Below, in pieces: positions 7,359 through 17,800 of a stretch of DNA of 36,846 bases. The DNA comes from Byssovorax sp. (GTDB taxonomy: Bacteria > Myxococcota_A > Polyangia > Polyangiales > Polyangiaceae): the NCBI GenBank assembly GCA_046351295.1, contig JAXLYT010000035.1:77452-114297 (forward strand), given 5' to 3'. Positions within the stretch are counted from its first letter, which is position 1. The number at the start of each line of letters is the position of its first letter. The notes under the pieces are model-generated. The model saw only the letters and a list, made by a program, of their open reading frames with translations, made no database searches and was not told the origin of the DNA. The translations under genes were made by a program, and so were the position numbers.

Positions 7359-10081
7359 GCAGTCTCCCTAGTGTGACTCTTTCGCCGCGCGAAGAGGAGC
7401 GGAACCAGCGCCAGCAACGCGAGCGGCGAGCCGCCGGAGGATCGGCCCGGCGCGGCGCACGAGCAGCCGTCGCCTCCAGGAGCGACGGCGCCGCCGGCCC
7501 CGGTCCTCGAGGTCGTCCCCGTGGTGGTCGAGGTCGTGCCCGCGCCGCCCTGGCCTCCCCCACCCTGGCTCGCGGTGGATCCACCGGCGCCGCCCGCACC
7601 GCCCATCCCGCCGCCGCCCGATCCGCAGCCCGCGAGCGGCGTGTGCGTGCACCCGGCCACGGGATCGCAGGCGTCGACCGTGCAAAGGTCGTCGTCCTGG
7701 CAGTTGACCGAGAGGCCGACCACGCAGACGCCGGCCGTGCACATGTCGCCGGCCGTGCACACGTCACCGTCCTCGCAGGGCGCGTCGTTGAAGCCGTGCA
7801 CGCAACCGAGCTGGGGATCGCATGCATCGTCGGTGCACGCGTTCGCGTCCGTGCAGTCGATCGGCGCGCCGCCCAGGCACTGCCCGCTCTTGCATGCGTC
7901 GCCGCCGGTGCAAGCGTTGCCATCGTCGCACGCTGTACCATCCTGTTGACCGGCGCAGACATCGATCGCGAGGCTCGCCTGGGTCATCAGCACCGGGGCC
8001 GCGCCGGGCGCCTTCAGGTTGTGCTGCCAGAGCTGGAAGAGCGTATCGCCCCACGGGCGGAGCTTGGCGAAGAAGGGATCGGTCTGGACGATGTACGCCG
8101 CCGGCTCGCCGGAGGGCGTGGGCGAGGCGAGCGAGCCGCCGCTCCCGGCGATCTCGTCGCGGAGGAACTCCACGTACTCGCGGCTGATGGTCTGGTAGAA
8201 GATGCGGACGTCGATTCGATCGCCGCCGGCCGGGAGCGCGAGCGCGATGTCGTCGTGGCCGCCCGCGTACTCGGCCGCCGTGAAGTAGTCGGGCGCGGGG
8301 GCCCCGTTGTACGCCGGCTGCGCCATGCGGGTCGCCGCGTCGGCGACGCGGAAGCCCTTCGGCGGGATGCGGTTGTCCTTCGAGAAGCCGGTCACGAGCG
8401 CGAAATGGAAGGTGATCTCCTGCCCGGTGATCGCGCTCGCGTTGTGCGCCTCGTACACGAGATCGTCGCGCACGATCTCACCCGGCCCGAGCGCGGGGCT
8501 GTTCGGCGAGTACGAGACGGGCAGCCCCGCGAGGGTGCCGGCCGCGTCGCTGTACGGGTTGACGCGGGCGATCACGCTCCCTTGCTTGCGCAGCTCGATG
8601 GAGACGAACATGCGCCTGCCGTCCGGGTAGCCGGACGGGAGCTTGTGCCCGGTCTGGTTCTGGATCCGGAACGAGGTCGCGCCCGACTGCGGATCGTACG
8701 CGAGCGCCGAGATCGCCGCGGCGCGCCCGAGCTCGGCCACGGCGCGGTTGCTGCCGGCGAGCAAGGCGATCGGATCGAGCGGCGTGCCGGCGTCGAGATC
8801 GAGGGTGAGCGCGTCCTTGCCCTGGCCGAGCAGGCTCGCGTTGGTGGCGTCGAAGTTGGGCGAGCCGGGGACGGCGCTCGCGAGCAGGTAAGGCACGAGG
8901 GCATTGCCCCCCGTGAGCTCGTGCGACGGGAGGCCGCTCTTCGGGTGCTCGACGCTGTCCGCAGGGCGGCTCTTCGCGCCCTGGTTGTCGCACCCGGGGC
9001 CGCTCAGATCGCGCATGTGGCAGTCCTGGCTGGGGGCGATCGCGTTGCCCGGGTGCGAGGTCGTGACCGTGCCCGGCGCGAACGGCCCGACGCCGGGAGC
9101 GCCGCCGGGCAGGCCATAGTCGGAGAGCATCATCTCCGAGAAGGTGCGCTCGAGCGGGAAGTACGAGAACGCCGCCTCGGCCTCGCTCGGCAGCACGGTC
9201 ATCGAGTCGCCGGGCGGCGTCTCGGCGAAGGCGGCGTTGGCGAGCGCCGTGTTCGAGACATCGTGGCACGTCGAGCAGAAGTACTTGCTCTTCGTGTAGC
9301 GGCTGTAGATCGTCCCGTGCTGCGCGGCGGCGTCCGCGTAGGGGCCGCGGGGCTGCGATCCGGTCGTGAGGAAGTACTGGCCGGAGGCGTTCTCGGTGTA
9401 CCCGGGGCTCGCGGGGCGGTGGGTCGCGTCGTAGAGCGGCAAACCATTGAAGTACGTGAAGGGGCCCGATTGCATCGTGTCGGCGGAGAGCGTGTCCGCC
9501 GCGGCGACCGACGAGGGCGTCATGCTCTGCTCACTCTCGTCCCAGTATCCGGCCCAGTCGCTGCCTTCGCGCACACCGTTGTCGGTGTCCGTGAAGAACG
9601 GGTCGAACATCCGATGACACGCGTCGCAATGGACGCCGTCGAAATCGAAATTGGCCATCTGGCTCGCGTTGGTCGGATCCGAGTGGCCCTCCATCCATCC
9701 CTTGGGGAAGTGGCAGCGCTCGCACCCGTCGGTCGCGTTGGGGCGGCCGAGGGCGTAGATCGAGTCCTGCATCGCGACGGTGAAGGCCGGCCAGAAGAGC
9801 GGATCGCGCGCGGCGAGGGCCATCATCGAGCCCTTCCACGCGAAGCCGGCCTCGATTTTCGGATCGTAGCCCGCGTGGCAGTTGAGGCAGACGTCGCTGC
9901 CCTGGAGCACCGCGCCCTGCGCAGGCTGGGAGCCCGGCATGCGCACGAGCGGATCTTGCGCGACGCCGAGGGGCGTCCAGCCGAGCGCCAGCGCGGGCGC
10001 GGCGATCACCGCGATGACGAGCGCCACTGCGGGTGCTCGGGATGTCCGCCTTCGTGTCCCCCACGGCAGCGTTCGTGACAT
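7355..10081 (-). CDS. secreted tetra-heme c-type cytochrome with myxobacterial Cys-rich repeats and MYXO-CTERM sorting tail
   Basis: Signal peptide MSRTLPWGTRRRTSRAPAVALVIAVIAAPALA; four CxxCH motifs (CLNCH, CERCH, CDACH, CSTCH); four tandem repeats of the form DGNACTGGDACKSGQC / DANACTDDACDPQLGC; C-terminal GCSCAAPG...LALLALVPLLFARRK matches the MYXO-CTERM pattern (GC motif, TM, basic tail). Alternative GTG start at 10099. Confidence 0.8.
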   Translation of the reverse strand: MSRTLPWGTRRRTSRAPAVALVIAVIAAPALALGWTPLGVAQDPLVRMPGSQPAQGAVLQGSDVCLNCHAGYDPKIEAGFAWKGSMMALAARDPLFWPAFTVAMQDSIYALGRPNATDGCERCHFPKGWMEGHSDPTNASQMANFDFDGVHCDACHRMFDPFFTDTDNGVREGSDWAGYWDESEQSMTPSSVAAADTLSADTMQSGPFTYFNGLPLYDATHRPASPGYTENASGQYFLTTGSQPRGPYADAAAQHGTIYSRYTKSKYFCSTCHDVSNTALANAAFAETPPGDSMTVLPSEAEAAFSYFPLERTFSEMMLSDYGLPGGAPGVGPFAPGTVTTSHPGNAIAPSQDCHMRDLSGPGCDNQGAKSRPADSVEHPKSGLPSHELTGGNALVPYLLASAVPGSPNFDATNASLLGQGKDALTLDLDAGTPLDPIALLAGSNRAVAELGRAAAISALAYDPQSGATSFRIQNQTGHKLPSGYPDGRRMFVSIELRKQGSVIARVNPYSDAAGTLAGLPVSYSPNSPALGPGEIVRDDLVYEAHNASAITGQEITFHFALVTGFSKDNRIPPKGFRVADAATRMAQPAYNGAPAPDYFTAAEYAGGHDDIALALPAGGDRIDVRIFYQTISREYVEFLRDEIAGSGGSLASPTPSGEPAAYIVQTDPFFAKLRPWGDTLFQLWQHNLKAPGAAPVLMTQASLAIDVCAGQQDGTACDDGNACTGGDACKSGQCLGGAPIDCTDANACTDDACDPQLGCVHGFNDAPCEDGDVCTAGDMCTAGVCVVGLSVNCQDDDLCTVDACDPVAGCTHTPLAGCGSGGGGMGGAGGAGGSTASQGGGGQGGAGTTSTTTGTTSRTGAGGAVAPGGDGCSCAAPGRSSGGSPLALLALVPLLFARRKSHTRETA
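7385..7510 (-). other. MYXO-CTERM-like C-terminal sorting signal of the cytochrome
   Basis: ...GGDGCSCAAPGRSSGGSPLALLALVPLLFARRKSHTRETA: Gly/Cys motif, then a hydrophobic helix, then Arg/Lys. Confidence 0.6.
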
Positions 10082-10122
10082 TTGCGCGCGAGCGTACACC
10101 CGAACGGGCGAGGGCGGAGCGC

Positions 10123-10968
10123 TCAGCGCGCGCGGGCGGTGAAGACGAGCTGCTGGGTGGGCATGTCGGCGAAGGGCAGATCGTAGTCGGCCGCCACCTT
10201 GGAAGGATCGAGCGCCGCGGCCTCGACGAAGCCTGCTGCCCGGAGCTCACCGAGGATGTCGGCGCGGGACCGGGCCGTCTCCTCGAAGGTCTTGCCGCCG
10301 GTGAAGCGCTTCATCATGCCGCCGAGCGCGCGCCCGACGGCGCCGGGCGGCGCTTTCTCTCCGGTGGGGACGAGATCGAAGACCAGCGCGCCCTCGGCGG
10401 CGCGCCCGAGGAGGTCGAAGATCCTCGACCAGAGCGCCCTCTGCTCGTCCGGCTGGAGGTACATGAAGAGGCCCTCGGCGATGACGAACAGCGGCTCGCC
10501 GGCCGGCGCGAGGCTCGCGAGATCGATCGACGCCGCGTCACCCGCGACGAGGCGATAACCCGGCCTCTCGAGGACGGCGCGGCCCTCCGCGGTCCGTTCG
10601 AGCAACGCGCGCTTTTTGGCGATGACGGGCGGGAGATCGACCTCGGTGTAGTCGAACGATGGATCCGCGGTGAACCAGGCGCCGCGCCGCGAGAGGCCGG
10701 CGGCGAGCTCGATGACCCGGCGGATGCCCGAGCGGCGGAGGAGCGCGTCGATCAGCGTGTGCCGCTGCACGAGCCCGTGACGGAGCGAGGGCTCCTTGCG
10801 GAAGATCCCGGCCACGCCGAGGGCCGCGTTGGTGGCGCCGAAGACGCGCTTGCTGTCCTCGCTCTGAAAGAGCTCCGCGCACGGCAGACCGCCCCAGGCC
10901 CAGGTCTCGGCGGTGTAGAGCGCGGTGACCGAGAGATCGCCGGAGGGCTCGCTCTTGGGAGATGCCAT
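10123..10968 (-). CDS. class I SAM-dependent methyltransferase, LCM/TcmP-like (polyketide O-methyltransferase-like) family
   Basis: 281 aa; VIELAAGLSRRGAWF (SAM motif I-like) and FVIAEGLFMYL are typical of the leucine-carboxyl-MT/TcmP superfamily; divergent from the lipoprotein gene. Confidence 0.6.
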   Translation of the reverse strand: MASPKSEPSGDLSVTALYTAETWAWGGLPCAELFQSEDSKRVFGATNAALGVAGIFRKEPSLRHGLVQRHTLIDALLRRSGIRRVIELAAGLSRRGAWFTADPSFDYTEVDLPPVIAKKRALLERTAEGRAVLERPGYRLVAGDAASIDLASLAPAGEPLFVIAEGLFMYLQPDEQRALWSRIFDLLGRAAEGALVFDLVPTGEKAPPGAVGRALGGMMKRFTGGKTFEETARSRADILGELRAAGFVEAAALDPSKVAADYDLPFADMPTQQLVFTARAR

Positions 10969-11069
10969 GGGCGCGGCAGTATATCGAACCAGACCGAGGC
11001 GGCGGGGCGCCGTGACGGAGTCGACAAGAAAAAGGTGACGGGCGGCGACAGACCGGCGATGATCGGGGG

Positions 11070-11780
11070 ATGATCGGAAAACGACTCTCTTTTGTGGCCC
11101 TTGGACTGTCTCTTGTCGTGGCCGCCGGCGCCAACGTGCTGGCCTGCGGCGGATCGAGCTCGACCTCCACGTCGAGCACCACCTCCACCTCGACCACCGC
11201 GACCGGGACCGGCGGCTCGGGCGGCTCCACCAGCAGCGCGGGCGGGGGCGGCGCGGGTGGATCGACGACCACCACGACGACCACCGGGAGCGGCGGCTCG
11301 GGCGGCAGCAACCCCTGCCCCGGCCTCGGCGACGCCTGCTCGAACTGCGCCTCCGAGAAGTGCATGGCGGTCTACTGCTCCTGCTACGCCGACCCGCAGT
11401 GCGGCGGGCTCGTGCAGTGCAACACGAGCTGCCAGCCGGGCGACCAGAACTGCGCCCAGAACTGCCTGAACGCCAACAAGAACGGCATCTCCGAGGCCTT
11501 CCTCCTCAGCGATTGCGCCGCGTCGCAGTGCGCCGCCTCCTGCCCGGGGACGTCGGTGCTCGACGACTGCCAGCGCTGCCTCTTCACGAGCTGCGCGAGC
11601 CAGATGAACAACTGCCTCAGCGACACCGACTGCTCCGAGCTCATCCAGTGCGTGCAGCAGTGCTCGCCCGGCGACAGCGGCTGCCAGCAGGACTGCGGCT
11701 TCCAGCACCTCGGGTCCGTGGACAAGGCGATGGCCATCCAGAACTGCTCGCAGTCACAGTGCGCCGGTAAATGTATGTGA
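11070..11780 (+). CDS. lipoprotein with Ser/Thr/Gly-rich linker and C-terminal Cys-rich domain
   Basis: MIGKRLSFVALGLSLVVAAGANVLACGG (signal plus lipobox LAC); low-complexity S/T/G linker; ~36 Cys in the C-terminal 150 aa (DDCQRCLFTSCASQMNNCLSDTDCSELIQCVQQC), paralogous to the ORF at 1673-2134; GGGGGA SD-like upstream. Confidence 0.8.
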   Translation: MIGKRLSFVALGLSLVVAAGANVLACGGSSSTSTSSTTSTSTTATGTGGSGGSTSSAGGGGAGGSTTTTTTTGSGGSGGSNPCPGLGDACSNCASEKCMAVYCSCYADPQCGGLVQCNTSCQPGDQNCAQNCLNANKNGISEAFLLSDCAASQCAASCPGTSVLDDCQRCLFTSCASQMNNCLSDTDCSELIQCVQQCSPGDSGCQQDCGFQHLGSVDKAMAIQNCSQSQCAGKCM

Positions 11781-11843
11781 TGGGTAAAGCGCGCAGCGAT
11801 TGCCGGCCGCTCCTCGCGGTCGATCGTCGCTGCGCGCTGTCGA

Positions 11844-14800
11844 TTGCGCGCCGGAATCGGCGATGATGCCGGCACAGTCGCCTTGATCCATCGCCCGACA
11901 AGCCGCCCTCCCGCCCGCGCGGACCTTCCCTCGCTTCTCCACCACCCGATCCTCGGCCTCTCGCCGCTCGAGCAGCCCGACGGCCGGCTCGCCGTCGCCC
12001 TCGCGCGGGCCGGCGCGCTGTCGATCCTCGACCTCGGCCGCCGATCCGGGCCTGCCCGCAAGGCGCTGGCGCTCCTCGCGCGCGAGGCCCCGGACGGGTT
12101 CGGCGTGCGCGTGCCGGAGCGATCGGAGTGGGCCCCGGCAGATCTGCCCCCGGAGGTCCAGGTGGTGGTGCTCCAGGCCGGCGCTGCGGTCAGCCGCTTT
12201 TCGCCGCGCCGGGTGCTCGTCCAGATCACCTCGGAAGAAGAGGCGCTGGCGGCGGCCGAGGCGGGCGCCGATGGGCTGATCGTCAAGGGACACGAGGCGG
12301 GCGGGCGCGTCGGATCGGAGACGACGTTCGTGCTGCTCCAGCGCGTGGCCGCTGCCACGAGCCTGCCGCTCTGGGCGCAGGGGGGAATCGGGCTGCACAC
12401 CGCGGCCGCGGCGCTCGCCTGCGGGGCGCGCGGGGTGGTGCTCGACAGCCAGCTCGCGCTGGTGCGGGAGTCGTCGCTCCCGGAGCCGATCAAGGCGGCC
12501 ATCCGGGGCATGGACGGGAGCGAGACGGCGCTCCTCGGCGAGCACCGCGTGTTCACCCGGCCGGACCTGCCGGTGGCCCGGAAGAAGGCCCCCGCGCCGC
12601 AGGATCTCGGCGCCTTCCTCGCGCACCTCGGCGGCCAGGATCTGGAGCGCGATCTGCTGCCCCTCGGGCAGGACGCGGCCTTCGCGCGGCCGCTCGCGGA
12701 GCGCTACCGCACGGCGGGCGGCCTCGTGCACGCGATGCGCGCGGCGATGGACGAGCACCTCGAAGAGGCGCGGACGCTCTCCCCGCTCGGGCCGGGCTCG
12801 CCGCTCGCCCAGGATCACGGCATCCGCTACCCGATCGCGCAGGGGCCGATGACCCGGGTGAGCGATCGCGCGGCCTTCGCCGACGCCGTGTCGAAGGGCG
12901 GCGGGCTGCCCTTCCTGGCGCTCGCGCTCATGCGCGGCGACGAGGTGCGCGCGCTGCTCGTGGAGACGGCGGCGCTGCTCGGGGATCGGGCCTTCGGTGT
13001 GGGCATCCTCGGCTTCGTGCCGGAGGACCTGCGGCAGGAGCAGATCGCCGCGGTGCAGGAGATCCGGCCGAAGGCGGCGATCATCGCCGGAGGCCGGCCC
13101 TCCCAGGCCAGGCCGCTCGACGCGCAGGGGACGATCACCTACCTCCACGTCCCCTCGCCCGGCCTGCTCGATCTCTTCCTCAACGACGGTGCGCGTCGCT
13201 TCGTCTTCGAGGGGCGGGAGTGCGGCGGCCACGTCGGCCCGCGCACGAGCTTCGTGCTGTGGGAATTGCAGATCGAGCGGCTCCTCGCGTTCGCCGACGC
13301 GCGCGGCGCCGAGGGGCTCACCGGGGTGAGCGTGCTCTTCGCGGGCGGCGTCCACGACGCGCGGTCGGCGGCGATGGTCTCGGCCATGGCCGCGCCGCTC
13401 GCGGCCCGCGGCGCGCATATCGGCGTGCTGATGGGCACGGCCTACCTCTTCACGGAGGAGGCGGTGGCCACGGGCGCGATTCTGCCCGCGTTCCAGGAGG
13501 CCGCGCTCGAGTGCGAGCGCACGGTGCTGCTCGAGACGGCACCGGGTCACGCGACGCGCTGCACCGACAACGACTACGCCCACTCTTTCCAGGAAGAGCG
13601 GGCGCGCCTCGAAGCGGAGGGCAAGAGCGCCGAGGAGGTGTGGGCGGCCCTCGAGCAGCTCAACCTCGGGCGCCTGCGCCTCGCCGCCAAGGGGCTCAGA
13701 CGCGAGGGCCCGTCGCTCGTGAAGGTGGATCACCCGACCCAGGCGCGGGAGGGCATGTTCATGATCGGGCAGGTCGCCGCGCTGCGGTCGGCGATCCTCA
13801 CGATCGAGGCGCTGCATGAGGACGTGAGCGCCGGCTCGATCGCCGCGCTCGCCCGCTCCGCGCCGCCGGAAGAGCGCGCCGGAGAGAAGCCCCGCCCGGC
13901 CGACATCGCCATCATCGGCATCGCCTGCATCTTCCCCGACGCGGTCGACCGGCATGCCTACTGGGCGAACATCTGCGCCGGGAAGAGCGCGGTGACCGAG
14001 GTCCCGAAAGAGCGGTGGGACGCGGCGATTTACTACGATCCCGAGGCGCCCGCCGGCGAGAAGTCGGCGTCGCGCTGGGGCGGCTTCCTCCCCACCATCG
14101 CCTTCGATCCGCTGCTCTACGGCATCCCGCCGCGCTCGCTCTCTTCCATCGAGCCGGTGCAGCTCCTCGCGCTCGACGTGGCCCGCCGGGCGCTCGAGGA
14201 CGCGGGCTACGGCGAACGATCGTTCGATCGGGAGCGCACCGCGGTGATCTTCGGGGCCGAGGCGGGCACGGATCTCAGCTCGGCCTACGGCTTCCGCGCG
14301 CTCGTCCCGCAGTACGCGGGGCCGCTCCCGCCGGCCCTCGACGAGCACCTGCCGACGCTGACGGAGGACTCGTTCCCGGGCGTGCTCGCCAATGTCATCG
14401 CCGGGCGCATCGCCAACCGCCTCGATCTCGGCGGGTCGAACTACACGGTGGACGCGGCATGCGCGTCGTCGCTCGCCGCGGTCGATCTGGCCGTGAAAGA
14501 GCTCACGGCCGGCTCGGCCGACCTCGTGCTGTGCGGCGGCGCCGATCTGCACAACAGCATCAACGACTACCTGCTCTTCTCCAGCGTCCACGCGCTCTCG
14601 CCGACCGGCGCATGCCGCACCTTCGACGCCTCGGCCGACGGGATCGTCCTCGGTGAGGGCGTGGCGTGCGTGGTGCTCAAGCGCCTCGCCGACGCCGAGC
14701 GCGACGGCGATCGGATCTACGCGGTGATCAAGGGCATCGCGGGCAGCAGCGACGGGCGGAGCCTGGGCCTCACCGCGCCCCGGAAAGAAGGGCAGATCCG

Positions 14801-17800
14801 CGCGCTCGAGCGGGCCTACCGGGCCTCGGGCGTCTCGCCGGCCGAGGTCGGGCTCGTCGAGGCGCACGGCACCGGCACGGTCGTTGGCGATCGCACCGAG
14901 CTCGGGACGCTGACCGACGTGTACCTCGGCGCGGGCACGGCGCCGGGCGCGGCCGCGCTCGGCTCGGTGAAATCGCAGATCGGCCACACCAAGTGCGCCG
15001 CGGGCCTGGCCGGGATGATCAAGACCGCCCTCGCCCTCCACCACCGCGCGCTGCCGCCCACGTTGCAGATTCGCAAGCCCAACCCGGGCTGGGATCCGGC
15101 GTCGAGCCCCTTCCATTTCAGCGATCACGCTCGCCCCTGGCCCGGCGAAGAGCGCCGGGCCTCGGTGAGCGCCTTCGGCTTCGGCGGGGCGAATTTCCAC
15201 GCGGTGCTGAGCGCCTACGAGGGCGCCGATCCGCCGGCCTCCGGCCTCGAGCGCTGGCCGGTCGAGCTCTTCCTCTTCCGCGCGCCCGATCGCGCCGCGG
15301 CCGCCGCCCGGATCGAGCAGATCGAGCGGCTCCTCACCGACGAGGTGATCGAGGCCGCGCAGCGCGGCGCAGGGCTCTTCACGCTCGCCGATCTCGCCCG
15401 CAGCGTGTCGGAGCGGCGGAGGCGCGCCGACGGCCCGGTGCAAATCGCCGTCCTCGCCGAGAGCCTCGCCGACCTGCGCGACAAGCTGAAGCGCGCCCGC
15501 GCCTTCACCGCCGACGGCCGATCGATCTTCGTGGCCGGCGCGGCGGGCGAGGCTTCGCCGGGCAAGGTGGCCTTCCTCTTCCCGGGGCAAGGGAGCCAGC
15601 GCACCGGCATGCTCGGCGATCTGTTCCTCGCCTTCCCGCCGCTCCAGCGCTTCCTCTCGCTCGGATCGCGCTGGGTCTCGCGGATGTTCCCGCCGATGGC
15701 CCCGACGCCGGAGATCCGCGCGGCGCAGGTGGCGGCCCTCACCGACACCCGCGTCGCGCAGCCCGCCCTCGGCGTCACGTCGCTCGCGCTCGGATCGCTG
15801 CTCCGATCGCTCGGGCTCAAGCCGGACATGGTGGCCGGGCACAGCTACGGCGAGCTCGCCGCGCTCTGCTTCGCGGGGGCGATCGACGAGGCCGATCTGC
15901 TCGCGCTGAGCGAGCAGCGCGCCGCGTGCATCCTCACCTCGACCGGCGACGATCCCGGGACGATGGCCGCCGTCACCGCGCCGCCGAGCGCCGTGGAGCC
16001 GGTGATCGAGGGCATCGAGCAGGTGGTGATCGCCAACCACAACGCGCCCGAGCAGACGGTCATCTCGGGGCCGACCAGCGGCATCGCCGAGGCGATCGCG
16101 GCCCTCGAGGCCGAGGGCCTCTCCGCCCGTTCGATCCCGGTCGCATGCGCCTTCCACAGCCCGCTCGTCGCGCGCGCGCCGGCCCTCTTCGCCGAGCACC
16201 TCGCCCGGATCGACGTGCGATCGCCCCACGTCCCCGTGTACTCCAACGCCACCGCGGCCACCTACCCGGCCGACGCGCGCGCCATCCGCAACATGCTGGC
16301 CGATCACCTCGGCCTCTCGGTGCGCTTCACCGAGGAGATCGAGGCCATGTACGCCGCGGGGGCGCGCACCTTCGTGGAGGTGGGCCCGGGCCGCGTGCTC
16401 TCCGGCCTCGTGGGGAAGATCCTGGCCGGGAAGCCCCACCTCGCGGTGGCATGCGATCAGAGCGGCGAGCCCGGCCTCGCCCGCCTGCTCGCCGCCCTCG
16501 CCGAGCTCGCGGTGGGCGGCGTGGCCGTCGATGCCGCTGCTCTGTTCGCGGGGCGCGCCGCGCGCCTGCTCGATCTCGCGGCCATCTCGACGGCGCCGCG
16601 ATCGAGCTCGCTCTGGCTCGTCAACGGGCACCTGGCGCGCCCCGCGGTCGGCGAGATCCCGAAGGGCGCGCTGCGCCCCGTGGAGGGCCCGCTCGTCAAC
16701 GTCTCCGCCGCGCCGCCCCCGCCGGACGATCGAAAGGACGCGGTGATCGAGTTCCTCCGCGCGAGCCGCGAGATCGTGGAGGCGCAGCGGCAGGTGATGC
16801 TCGGCTTCCTCGGGCAGGCGCCCGAGGTGATCGAGGTCGCCGGCGTCCCGCAGAACGTCCCGGCCCTCGGCACAGGCCCCTCGACCCGCCGGGTCACGCT
16901 CCCGCCCGCGTCCTCGCAGTCCTCCTCGTGGCCGCCGCCGTCGCGCGCGCCCAGGTCCGAGGCCGAGCTGCCGCTCCGCGTGCGCGGACCGGTGCCTTCC
17001 ATCCCCGCGCCGATGCCGAGCCTCACGCCGCCGAGCCTCAAGGACACGCTGCTCGGCATCGTGGGCGAGCGCACCGGTTACCCGGTGGAGATGCTCGATC
17101 TCGATCTCAACCTGGAGGCCGATCTGAGCATCGACTCGATCAAGCGGATCGAGATCCTCGGGACGCTCGGCCAGATGATGGGCTGGGCGCCCGGCTCGGG
17201 CGACGGGCGCGACAAGATGATCGAGAAGCTCGCCACGCAGAAGACGCTGCGGGGCATCCTCACGTGGCTGGAGGCGAACCCCGGTGGAAAGCCCGCGGCC
17301 GAGCCCGCCAAGGCCGATCCGCCGAGGGCCGAGCCGGCCTCGCCCGCGAGGACATCACGCCTCGCGCTCCACCGGTTCCTGCTCTCGGTCGAGGACGCGC
17401 CGGCCCGCCCGGTCGCGGAGATCGGCCGCCGGCGCTGGGCGATCGTGCCCGATCGCGCGGGCGTGGCCGAGGCGCTCGGCGACCTGCTCGCGGCCCGCGG
17501 CGCGACGGCGCGCGTGATCGGGTCCGGCGAGCCGCTCGGAGAGGCCGACGGCCTCGTCGATCTCAGCGCGCTCGCGGCGATCACGACCGAGGAGGTGACG
17601 GCGTCCACGCGCGGCCTGTTCGAGCGGCTCAAGCGCGCCGGAGAGGCCGGGCTCACGGTGGTGATCGCCGCCGTCCCGCTCGGCGCGCCGTTCGGGCCGG
17701 AGGGCGCGCTCCCCCGCGCCGGCGTGGCCGGCCTGATCAAGACGGCCGCGCGCGAGCTGCCCCTGCTCTGCGCGCGCGCCGTGGCGCTCGATCCGGCCGA

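Noticed and set aside
6001-7962. 653-aa minus-strand ORF and the + ORFs at 6063-7376 and 7106-10078
   Set aside because: Arg/Pro-rich junk. The beta-lactamase-like and cytochrome frames explain this region.
8780-8800. Possible fifth heme site (QDCH) in the cytochrome
   Set aside because: Only a single Cys precedes the His, so it is not a CxxCH motif.
11754-16631. 1,625-aa antisense ORF, plus further antisense ORFs at 18566-22120 and 21760-27693, opposite the PKS genes
   Set aside because: Low-complexity R/G/A/E-rich translations with no motifs; they lie opposite frames with clear KS/AT/KR signatures and are typical high-GC antisense artefacts.
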